Shown in pieces: positions 50,565 to 64,000 of a stretch of DNA of 64,000 bases. The notes under the pieces were generated by a model. It searched no databases and was not told the origin of the DNA. It saw nothing but the letters and a program-made list of their open reading frames with translations. The stretch is taken from assembly GCA_951406725.2 (NCBI GenBank), contig OX597819.1, positions 8,804,001 through 8,868,000 on the forward strand, read 5' to 3'. A program made the position numbers and the translations under genes. Every line of letters begins with the position of its first letter. Position 1 is the first letter of the stretch. This DNA is from Octopus vulgaris. Lineage: Eukaryota.

Positions 50565-51379
50565 AATTACAAGGTAAAAGGTTGACAGTGACTTCGAAAT
50601 TTCGGCTCATCTACCTCATTAGGTCGTGTTAAAACTTCTTGGAAGTCATTTTCAGTTTCGTAAGAATACTTGATCGGATCAACTGGAACCCTCGTCATCG
50701 TAACCGATGGAGTTCCACGATATATATATAACTAATATAGGATAAAATTTTTCGAAAAGAATTCTATCAATGGCCAGCATATTAAAAAATACCTTTAAGG
50801 TTAAATTTATAAACAACTTATAAACAAGGGCAAAAGAAAAAAATTCTAATGCCTAATATGCCGAAAATAGACTTAAATCGTCAATAACCATATAATTCAT
50901 CACTATAGGCACGCTCGAGTGAGAGAGAAAGAAAGAAAGAAAGAAAAATATAGGAAGGAAGGAAGGAAGGAAGGAAGGAGTGATGCTGGTTTAATAATAA
51001 TAGCTGAACGATAATACCTCGGTATAACATTCCGCCTACTAATTTATGCAATTTTGTGAGTTAAAACATTCCATTTGAGATTGTTGTTGCAATCAGATGA
51101 CAAATACTATCCCCAGAGATATTTAAATTCTAAAAACTACAATTAAGCAAGTCACGTGCAATAATCAAAAAACAAAAAAACAATGTAGTTATGTATGGAT
51201 ATTGTCTGAAGAGCCAACTGGTGAAAGCAACATGCAGATTTCGATCTTCTTAATTCTCATCTGCAAGGCATATAGAGAGAATATTCTTGTCGTATCAATC
51301 AGTTTCTCGTTGCTCGCGTCTAGATAGTTTCTCGGGACGTCGTTATTTCTAGTAGTTGTCTCTTTTTGCCATATATTCA

Positions 51380-51530
51380 TAGTCACTTAGGGGTTCGGCA
51401 AAAGAGACCGACAGAATAAGTACTGGGCTTACAAAGAATAAGTCCTGGGGTCGATTTGCTCGACTAAAGGCGGTACTCCAGCATGGCCGCAGTCAAATGA
51501 CTGAGACAAGTAAAAGAGTAAAAGAGTAGA
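51380..51530 (+). mobile_element. SINE family A, 3' fragment
   Basis: gtcacttaggggttcggcaaaagagaccga...gtaaaagagtaaaagag. Confidence 0.85.
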
Positions 51531-51534
51531 AGAG

Positions 51535-51606
<72 letters not shown>

Positions 51607-52759
51607 CATGTATATATATATACAAATGTCTACTTCAAATGTCTACATATATTCCTCCTACATCTCCTTTGGCGTTGTGGCTACAAAATGCTGTTTTCTA
51701 CTTCTTTTGTGAAAATGTTTCAATTCACATCTAGACGATTGTTGTCGCAGTTGTATAATAGGTTGTATTTCTAGTACTATTACTATGGTGACTTTTAAAT
51801 TTTTTGTCTGGGGCTTCTGCAGTACTCTTTCAGTTTTCTCCTTTATCTTTGTGTTGTATGACTGGAGTTGGATGTAGAGGTTTTATCGGACTAGACTTAC
51901 ATGGAGGCTGTTATCAATCGGCGTGAATCATCATCAACCTCGTCGAGCAAAGGCCATCTTAAAAGGAATCTAGTCAACAGTGAAAAGAACCAGCCGCTGG
52001 ATTTGGCTAAAAAAGGATGATGAAATCTGATTAGAGAAGTGATATAAAGACCTGCATGGTTCAATCTTTTGAATGGTGTTGAAGGGCTGAAGGAATTAAG
52101 ATCGAATTAACCCAGGCTGAAGAATTAACCCTAGCTGATGGAATTAAAATCGAATCCTAGTCAATCGTTCGGTAGCTGGGGTTTCATATTAGCGAAAGCA
52201 GTGCGCGCTCTGTAAAGCAGTCGAAAGGAAGATCCCGAAACAATATGCAATTTCTATTAATGAGCTCTGAAACCTACAGGCGTCTTTTGTGGTGACCTTT
52301 CACTTGATACTACTCGCACAATCAAGTTGTTTTGAAGTCTCTATGAGTTGTTCTGCTCTGATCCTCTGATTTTGGTATCTATATCAGCTTCAAAGTTCTC
52401 ATTTTTACTTAATGTATCTCTTCTTATAGAAGCTTTGGCACATTTGTCGTGCCAGTTATGCTTAATTTTATGTCAAGGCTCAATTTATGATCAATTATTC
52501 GTAGGATTTCCAATAGTGACTTGTAAATACGTTTAAGAGGAGATGAGTTATTATAGTTTGTCAGTAGCATTTATAGCTATTGTTGGTTCCATCATCGAGT
52601 AATAGATCAAAGCTAAGTAGAATAATAGCGTGAATAAGGAGTCACCCGCAAAAATTCCTCATTGCGTGGGTGTAGAGTTGGTTTTAATTATATTCTGTTC
52701 GCTGTCATCACAATCATCATCATCATAATAATAATAACCATAATAATCATAATAATCCT

Positions 52760-52953
52760 TTCCACTGAAGGCACAAGGCCCGAAATTTGGGAGGAAGGCA
52801 CAAGTCGATAACATCGACCCCAGTTCATGACTGGTACTTAATTTATCAATCCCGAAAGGATGAAAGGCAAAGTCGACCTCGACGGAATTTGACCTCAGAG
52901 GGACGAAATGTCGTTAAGCCCGGTATGCTAATGATTCTGCCAGCTCACCGCCT
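52760..52953 (-). mobile_element. SINE family C within an (AAT/GAT)n tract
   Basis: gactggtacttaatttatc...gattctgccagctcaccgcc. Confidence 0.8.
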
Positions 52954-52954
<1 letters not shown>

Positions 52955-53002
<48 letters not shown>

Positions 53003-53107
53003 AATAATAATAATGATAATGATGATGATGATGATGGTGATGATAAAAATAAAAATAATAATAATAATGATAATGATGATGATGATGATGGTGATGATAA
53101 AAATAAA

Positions 53108-53168
<61 letters not shown>

Positions 53169-53181
53169 GTAATAATAATAA

Positions 53182-53239
<58 letters not shown>

Positions 53240-53240
53240 T
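52955..53240. repeat. (GAT)n/(AAT)n microsatellite
   Basis: Direct inspection. Confidence 0.95.
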
Positions 53241-53331
53241 GAAAAGAACGATTAGCACGGTAGGTTGCAGGAAGTAAGCCCGCTGCGTATGCAGGAGCTC
53301 CAAAAAAACCTGTGATAAAGAGAAAATAATA

Positions 53332-54930
<1,599 letters not shown>

Positions 54931-55486
54931 ACTCCCACCGTTGTTGCAAGACATCGTTGTTGTTGTTGTAGATCGTAGTTGCCCCTTGTTGTTGCCATCG
55001 TCCTCTCTACCTCTGTGGTCGTCATCGTCGTCATAACTGTTACAACAGCAAGGGAAGCCGTCGTCGTCATCGTCGTCATCATCACTGCCATTACCAAACC
55101 ATATTCACCATTAACATTAGGATGGTCATTATACTCATTACCAACAATAAAACAAAACGCAATTATCGTCAACAACAACATGAACACGAACTGCGCCACC
55201 CTGTCATTACCTCTATTACTATATATCTTCCCTCATCTTATTCAACTTTAATATGTTTTTCTATTTCGTTTTGATGTTATATTTTCGTTATTATTTATTT
55301 AATATTCAGATCGTATCTTATCTCTCTCTCGTCATCGGCACCTTAATTCATTTCTGTTTATCATGATTCTCATACACCACCAACATATTATTTTCAGCAG
55401 TGTGTTTAGCAAGAGAGTTTGATCTGAGAGATATGGCAACCAAACCTTTACCAAACCACACTCAACAATTTCCATTTGTGGAATAC

Positions 55487-55692
55487 TTTACTTTACTTTA
55501 CTTGTTTCAGTCAGTTGACGGCGGCCATGCTGGAGCACCGCCTTTAGTCGAGCAACTCGATCCCGGGACTTATTCTTTGTAAGTCCAGTACTTATTCTTT
55601 CGGTCTCTTTTGCCGAACCGCTAAGTGACGGGGACATAAACACACCAGCATCGGTTGTCAAGCAATGCTAGGTGTCAAATACAGACACACAA

Positions 55693-55741
<49 letters not shown>

Positions 55742-55908
55742 TACGACGGGCTTCTTTCAGTTTCCGTCTAGCAAATCCACTCACAAGGCTTTGGTGTCGG
55801 CCCGAGGCTATAGTAGAAGACACTTGCCCAAGGTGCCACGCAGTGGGACTGAACCCGGAACCATGTGGTTTGTAAGCAAGCTACTTACCACACAGCCACA
55901 CCTGCGCC
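55487..55908 (-). mobile_element. SINE family A
   Basis: Identity to other copies. Confidence 0.9.
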
Positions 55909-57072
55909 TAGCCACACCTGATACATTGAATCAAATAGTCAAAGAACGGCGTTGATCGGAAAAAATTAAAGCAATTTTAGTCACTGTCATACTTTTATTC
56001 ACATAATTATTCTTACTTATGCTATCGAATGCTTCCTCGATTAGATGTTAATATTATGGCTGAGTCGGTAGAGCGTAGCAGAGTGTGTTGGGTCCTTGTG
56101 GTTTTCGTCACTATTTGCAGTTATCTTTAAAAAAAACTTGTTAATGTATCATATAGATGTATCAGAATTTGTTATTTATTGCAGAAAAATTTTGCAACGC
56201 GTGTTCAAAGTTTGATCATTTTTCAGAATTTTCAGAAAAGAGCGCTTTCGCTGCCTTTTCTAGGTGAGGGAAGGGCAGCAGCTTCTCAAAACATTGCTAG
56301 AAACAACAGTCAAAACATTAAAATGAATGAAGTTAACATTAAAACATTGCGAGCAAATTAATTACTTAAAAGCTTTCACACATACAAACATTCACATACT
56401 TCCCTTGTGCACACATACATACGCACATATACTCTCACACAGAGTTGAAACGCTGATTGATTTTTCTTTTCAGCGTTGAATGTTCACCATCCCACTTCCA
56501 TTGTACACACACACACACACACACACATACCTCCCTTTTACATACACACACATATACTCACACAGAGTTCAAACGCTTCCACTACCAGTTTGACAGCACC
56601 CCTTCCTTCCTTATTCATCTATCACACCGTCCTTTCGCATTCTTATGTTGTGTCGGAGAAAAACACAAAAGTATTATTATGGTAGAAGATTATCTTTCTA
56701 CTATCTCCTTCTCTTCCTTGTGCGCATGTGCAACATCATTGGTTACTATGGGAAGAGCTTTTCGCCACGGTGATGTGTAAAATACTCGCTTCTGATTGGC
56801 TAAAATACCCAAATTTTGCAAATTTTCAAGGCTAATAACTTTTTAATTAGGAATTTAGAATGGAAATGGATTTCCTTTTCATAATTAGTATACAAAACTT
56901 AATCCATATACCAAATTTGAAAACAATTGGAACAAAATTGTAAACAGTGACGAAAACCACAAAGGTCCAGGGTGTCTTGTGGCACTCATAGCAGCTTTCT
57001 ATGCCCTGAGTGCTTGTAATCTATTCGGAGATAATAAAGAAAGTATTAATACAGAACTACAGTTAATTCTTA

Positions 57073-57113
<41 letters not shown>

Positions 57114-57847
57114 GGAAGAACTAGGCTATATTACTTTATGAGTGTAGTTGTGCGAAACCTCTCACCAGCAACCATATTTCCTGAAATGGAGAAGGGTCGA
57201 ATAAGGGGCTAGCTACTTGTTCTCTTTTAAAAATTAATTCACTCCCGAAACCATCCAAAACCGAAGTGCAGGATAAGCGTGGATCTAAAGTCGAGAATAA
57301 AAATATAAACCTTCGTTTGAGAGGAGCTGTGGTTGAAACTTAAGAACGGCGAAAACAGTTTGTTAGTTTGTTCATTTGTTTGGAGTTTAGGGGGGAGTTC
57401 TTATTCGACATATTAATATGGAAAATGAATCGCCTTCAAATCAACCGATATCAACTTGGTCTTGGTTAGGCTATATTTCGAGGCAAAAGCAAAAAGAATA
57501 TAGAAAAGATTTTTACTGCAACAATTTGATCCCAGAGCTCCGGCTCAAACAGAACTGCCCTAAAAACAATAATCACTTCGCTCGTGGTTGTATTTCGACC
57601 ATCGTTCTTCATTCTCATACACCTCTATTATCATTCACCTGTATTTTCTCTTTTCTTTCTTCTTGATAGACTCAACTTTATTCATTGCTTCCGCTTTGAT
57701 TTTCATTCATATTTATTTCTTCATAGTTTTCTCATCTTATTCAATTAAATTATTGCTGTTTACTTAACATATTTGACATTCTCACTCAAATTTGTTCTCT
57801 TTACTCTCCTTCATCATTCATTCGTACCTGTTAATTTCATTATTTTC

Positions 57848-57905
57848 ATATACGCATTTATACTCACGTTTACGTATACGTAAACGTGAGTATAAATGCG
57901 TATAT
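57848..57905. repeat. Perfect 58-bp spacerless palindrome
   Basis: atatacgcatttatactcacgtttacgta|tacgtaaacgtgagtataaatgcgtatat. Confidence 0.95.
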
Positions 57906-57925
57906 AGGAATACACACACACACAT

Positions 57926-57965
<40 letters not shown>

Positions 57966-58010
57966 TGTACGTACGAATACATATATGTATACATATATAT
58001 ATATATATGC

Positions 58011-58063
<53 letters not shown>

Positions 58064-58070
58064 TGTATAT

Positions 58071-58695
58071 ATTGTGTCATCCCATAAAAAATGCGGGCTT
58101 TTCAATTTCATGAACCAAAACGTCGGAGGGAGACAGGATAATCTACCTGCATCAACTTGCTAAAAAAGCAGGTAGTGATTTTACTCTTTACTTATTCATT
58201 GTGCAACTTTCGAAAAGTGTGGATCGATTTTAACAGTTATTTTTTCTTAGCTATAATGCGTTCAATAAAAGCAACAACGCCACTGAAAGTGCGAGGAATA
58301 TAAATACAGTTTATTGGGATCGGACAATAAGTGTAAGCTAGTGTGAACGGTGGTTCAAGAAATTCCAAACCGGAAACTACAGCCTAGAAGACAAGTCTTG
58401 TCCTGGAAGATCTTGCAAACCCCAGTGGAACAAAATCCCATCATAACTGTTGAGGAACTAGCAGAGAAGCTTGGATTTGGTCATTCAATCATTCATTGAA
58501 ACCTGCTTGGCATCGGAAAAGTCAGATTAGGTCAATGGGTTCCTCATAAACTTTCCGAGTTTAATCGCTTGCAGAGAGTGAATGTGTGCTCTTTGCTGTC
58601 ACGTCTCAGGGATGAAATCTTTTTGGATCGAATAGTTACTGGTGACGAGAAATGAGTTCTCTATAAAAATGTCAAGCGCCGGAGACAATGGGATG
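58071..58695 (+). mobile_element. Decayed mariner transposon (left TIR + N-terminal half of transposase)
   Basis: TIR-like attgtgtcatcccataaaaaatgcgg; hand translation gives ERWFKKFQTGNYSLED, TVEELAEKLG, GQWVPHKLSE, FLDRIVTGDEK*VLYKNVKRRRQW. Confidence 0.88.
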
Positions 58696-58738
<43 letters not shown>

Positions 58739-59315
58739 AGCGAGAGAGCGAGAGAATAAGTAAGAAAGTATATAAATGAAATATATAATCAGATAGGAGG
58801 GATGTTGACAGAGAATGCGTGCGCGCGTATGAATGCTCACGCATATATGTGCTATATTTAATAGAAATTGAAAATTCACTAAACTGTGTGTTTCAGCTTT
58901 TGGTTTAAGAGTTTTCGCAGTCTTCAGGAAAGTACCTCGCCAAGCTAGTCCCTGACTTTAATTACTTTTGTTCAAGGTGAAAAAAAAATGGTACGGATTG
59001 AATGTTGCAAAGGGAGAGATAGATTAGAGAATAAAGAAGTTAAAGAAAAACTGAAAGGAGTAAAACAGAATTTAATGGAAAAATGACTAAATATAATTTA
59101 ACGAATGAAGGACTAAGTAGCTGAATGAAGAATCAAAATGAATTTAGATAGGAAAGAGTATTGAATGAATGAAGAAACTGATTGATGCATCAATGAACGA
59201 TTGAACGAGTTAAGTTAATTGTTTAATTAAGTATATAATGAAAGAAGCTTGAAGATGAATGAATAAATACATGTATTAATTAACAAATAAACTAATGAAT
59301 GGACAAATTATTTGA

Positions 59316-59620
59316 TTAATTTATTTCTAAAGGTTCAATCTGCTTACGTTTTCTGTTACTGATTCTTCTAGTCTCAGTCTCTTTCGGTACTGGCACATCG
59401 AACATGTCGTAAAACACTTCCATTGGAATTTCCTTTCTTTCTTCTGTATGTCTGATTCTTAATTGATTTAGGTGTTGTTTATGTTCCCATCGTTGGCTTT
59501 TTATTAAATACATCAGGGTTCTAATTCTTTTAGTCACTACACCATCCTGCTAATTCTCTTTACCGTTCTTGTATGCTTTGAAATGGACTTTGTACCCAAC
59601 ATCAAAATGTTTAGTTGAAT
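59316..59620 (-). mobile_element. Gypsy-type pol C-terminal (post-integrase) remnant
   Basis: FDVGYKVHFKAYKNGKEN*QDGVVTKRIRTLMYLIK...KQHLNQLRIR matches F..G..V......W..G.V......Y.......RH.NQLR.R. Confidence 0.6.
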
Positions 59621-60112
59621 GTTTTGTATTTTCTCCATACGTTTTTGCCTTTGCATTCAAGCAAGAAATACCTTGAGGTATGAATATACAACAGAACTGC
59701 ATGCTCACTGTAAATTTGGTATCTTACTAAGAATGATAAAAAGGAACCGGAAAAATTACTGGGTTTGCCGCAACTGGGTAAAACGTCAGACAACAGCAAT
59801 GGTGAATACGATCAAAGAGGAATAATACAAAAAAAGTTGTATATTCAAATGTGTCCATGAATGTATATATCTGTCTTCATAAATGTATATGCGTGTGTGC
59901 ATTCAGGTTTACGTCGCCCTTATGCATTCGCACATATGTACACACATACACCCGTACGCGCGTGCGTGCACAAACACACATATGTTGCAACCGCGTAGTT
60001 TCTGATTCAGTCTCAGTGCTCAGTATCTTGGCCAAGTGTCTTCTATAATCCCGGGTCGATCAATGTCTTGTAAGTGAATTTGGTATTCCAAAACTGTGGG
60101 TGCTTGGTCAAA

Positions 60113-60307
60113 CATACATACAAACATACATACACACATACATACATACATACATACATACATACATACATACATACATACATACATACATACATACATA
60201 CATACATACATACATACATACATACATACATACATACATACAAACATACATACATATATACATACATACATACAAGCATATGTGTACGAATATATGTGTA
60301 TATATTA

Positions 60308-60397
<90 letters not shown>

Positions 60398-60410
60398 ATA
60401 TATATATATG
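60113..60410. repeat. (CATA)n + (TA)n microsatellite
   Basis: Direct inspection. Confidence 0.95.
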
Positions 60411-61291
60411 CATATACAAACATACACTTATATGTACACCTAAGTATGTGCATATGAGTGTGTGCGTGTGTGTGTGTATGTGTGTATATATTTGTGTTTG
60501 CGTGTGTATGCGAATATCTTCATAATTCTTTCTTTTTTTGTAAAGGCCATAGATATAAACGACCTTCGACCCGTGCATTGCACTCTTGCAAGTATTGACA
60601 TGACATATTGCGATATCATAACCGTCGCCAACCTCCACTTAAAACATTAAAGGTTTTTCCTGTGGCTGCTTGTGACAAACCTACCCGAAATAGAAGACTC
60701 ATTTATCCATCTTTCCTCAGAACACCCGCACGCACACACACCAATCACGCAAACACATACACATACACACACACACTCGAACGCACACATGCACACAAAG
60801 GCACACACATGCACACAAACAAAATCACACACACTCAGATACGGACAGCCAACGTCACTTCATCTATATTTTTACCATGGGAAGAAGCAATACTGTACAA
60901 GCCGCTGACTCATCCGTCAGCTTTATACCCGTCTAAATCATGCAGACTTATATACACTGCTATATTGCGCTCACAAATACATATACATCTGTATCTATCT
61001 ATCAATCTGTTTATCTATCATCTATCCCCCCCCCCCTTTATTTTTTTATTTTTTTATTTTATTTTATTTTATTTTTTTTATATTTTATCCCCCCCCCCTT
61101 TTTTTGTCCTCTTTCTTTCCATTTACGATCCCTTTTGATCGAAAACCAAACCCCCTTCTTTTACCCCCAAAAGAAAAGCTCTACCTTTTAATTTTGTCCT
61201 GTCTGTGTGCAGCCCTGTGTGGCTAATAAAGAAACATATCTATCATCTATCTAGCTAGCTAGCTCGCTCTCTTGCTATCTATATCTATCTA

Positions 61292-61353
<62 letters not shown>

Positions 61354-61679
61354 AGTGTATATTTGTGAATATAAAATACAATATATACACTATATATATA
61401 TATTTATATTTAATACCTGAAAGTACTCATCTGTCTTCTCTGTTTCAGTCAGATCTTTAATTCAATGCAAACCTGTTCACTAAGGACAGACAACATAATG
61501 GTCTGCGTCAACCCGACATCCCTTGCAGTGTGCAGACGACAGCTGCATATGTATATCGATTATTACATACGCCATATATGCTCACGCATATAATACTCTT
61601 AGACACTTATAAATGTATGTGTGTATACATATATATATTTATGTGTTATATGTATCATCTGTGCATCTACATATTGATG

Positions 61680-62071
<392 letters not shown>

Positions 62072-62181
62072 GTTCTGTCGTCGGATAAAATTCATTTTAA
62101 GATTTGCAGACATGTTAGGCACATGACTAAGAACTGTTGTATTACACATAAACACACACACACTTATGTGCTTATATATAT

Positions 62182-62315
62182 ATACAAATTAAGAAAATGG
62201 AGAAACACATCTTAATCAATGATCAACTACCAGATAATACCCAATCACATAATTTATTAAACCCTGGTAGTTGATCATTGATTAAGATGTGTTTCTCCAT
62301 ATTCTTATTTTGTAT
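62182..62315. repeat. Inverted repeat, 52-nt arms with 30-nt spacer, next to (TA)n
   Basis: atggagaaacacatcttaatcaatgatcaactaccag mirrors ctggtagttgatcattgattaagatgtgtttctccat. Confidence 0.92.
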
Positions 62316-62484
62316 TATTAATTTGTGGTAAAACATTTTACTTTTGCCCATATAATACAGTAAATGAATTAATTGCATCGCAGTTCTTAACATTTATGCA
62401 TTAAATTTGTTGGGTGCTTCACTAGCAGTATATTGGATATATGTTATCTCATGGAGGGTTGCACTTACAACCCCTATCTCAATT

Positions 62485-62530
<46 letters not shown>

Positions 62531-62849
62531 TAAGATATATATGTGAGCGTGTGTGTGTGTGCATATGTATGTGTATATGTATATTATGTGTGTGCATATG
62601 TTAAGAAAAACATCAAAAATTGCACGAAGCGTGACAGGGGAAAAAAACTACGCTTCGTAGGCGAAATGTGGAGTGATATCACAGTTCGGCGAAAAATCTG
62701 TTGAGCAAAAGTTTTCGTGGCAAAAAACGCAACCAATCTGTTCGGTACGGACTGGGTTGAGTTGTCTAACTTATAGGACCTCCCCATAAGTCTTTTCTGT
62801 AAAAAAAATAAGTGGCTCTCCCACCAGTGAAAAAAATTCAGCAGCTGAA

Positions 62850-64000
62850 TTGAAGGAAAAATTTAAAAGCTTGTTTCCTGAAGAGCTGTCGTATAAATTA
62901 GGTTTCGGTTCTAAAACTGAGGCCTGTTTTCAAATAAAGGAAAACGTCGTACCTGTATTCAAACCTAATAGAAAGGTATCATTTGCTGTGATAAAGCAGG
63001 GTTAGAATTAGACAGACTGGAGAAAATAGAAATTATTCAAAAAGTAGATTATTGGAAATGGGTAGCACCAACTATGTGTATTAAAAAAAAATCAAGGTGT
63101 GTACCGATTTTTTTACTGATTTGAACGACTGTTTAAATATGTGCCACTATCCACTGCCTACTCCAGAGGATATTTTTTCAAAATTAAATGGTGGGAAAAT
63201 ATTTTCGAAACCGGATCTGTCTGATGCGTATCTGCAAATTAAAGTAGACGAGGAATGCTCGAAGCTTCTAACAGTGAATACGCACAGAGGACTTTACAAA
63301 TATCATAGATTGCCATTTGGTCTGAAGGTCGCACCTGCAGTATTTCAACATATTATGGATGCGATGTTAGCGGACTGTCAATTTACAATTCCGTACCTCG
63401 ATGGTGTATTAATTAAAAGTGAATCTTGTGATCAGCACATCGAGCCTGTGAAGTGCGTTTTCAAAAAATAAGAAATTACGGTTTCACACTGAGTGAGGAG
63501 AAATGTAAATTCATTTTGCCTAAAATTAAATATTTGAGATAAATTACAGATAGAAATGGAAGACGACCTGACCTTTCGAGAGCAGACACAATTAAAAATA
63601 TGCCTCCCCCAACTGACATAGCGACATTACAATCTGCTCTTGACTTAGCGAACTATTATCAATATTATATACCAAACATTTATGAATTGAGAGCTCCATT
63701 AATAATTTGCTAAAGAAAGACGCCAAATGGAATTAGTCATTTCGATCCTGCAGAGGAGATTGTTGCAGCTTCTGATGCTTCTGGCGCTTCTGAATACGTC
63801 GTGGGAGCAGTTTTGCTACACAAATATGAAGGTGGTGGTTCATTCCACACGTGCTCTGATTGCAGCGGAGAAAAGCTAGTCAAATGCAGAAAGAAGCTCC
63901 AGCGATTATTTTTGACGTGAAGAAATTTCCCACGTTTTCGGCTTCAGACGGACCACCGGCCAGTACTATCAATTTTCGAATCGAAGAAAGGAATTCCTAC
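62850..64000 (+). mobile_element. Decayed Ty3/Gypsy (Mag-like) pol: RT and RNase H, running off the window end
   Basis: YPLPTPEDIFSKLNGGKIFSK.DLSDAYLQI...TVNTHRGLYKYHRLPFGL..APAVFQ..YLDG, then ASDAS..VGAVLLH and QTDHRPVLSIF..KKGIP; stops and frameshifts. Confidence 0.92.

Noticed and set aside
50585-50630. Minus-strand CTAATGA gg...cc GAAA tttcgaag TC
   Set aside because: G5 is mutated and stem I does not pair in register

Overview
This is repeat-saturated, AT-rich eukaryotic DNA, very probably from an octopod cephalopod (inferred from three abundant tRNA-derived SINE families and extreme TA/CA/GATA/AAT microsatellite content). No host protein-coding gene is supportable; most listed ORFs are microsatellite or SINE artefacts. 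Recognisable content: a young Penelope-like element (PLE; Neptune-type RT + Cys linker + GIY-YIG, one frameshift) with ~2.4 kb inverted arms at ~20.4-27.3 kb; decayed RTE, R4/Dong, HERO-like, Gypsy and mariner fragments; five copies of a non-autonomous Helitron, three of them involved in a ~1 kb inverted duplication; and many SINEs. The most interesting signal is about 11 type-I hammerhead ribozyme (HHR) motifs from about 7 unrelated sequence families, read by eye and concentrated at 44.6-49.7 kb. They sit in small (TA)n-associated elements of two main architectures: fold-back palindromes with one HHR per arm, and ~365-525 nt monomers with short terminal direct repeats, resembling retrozymes or circular-RNA-templated inserts. 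Coordinates were counted by hand and may be off by a few nt.
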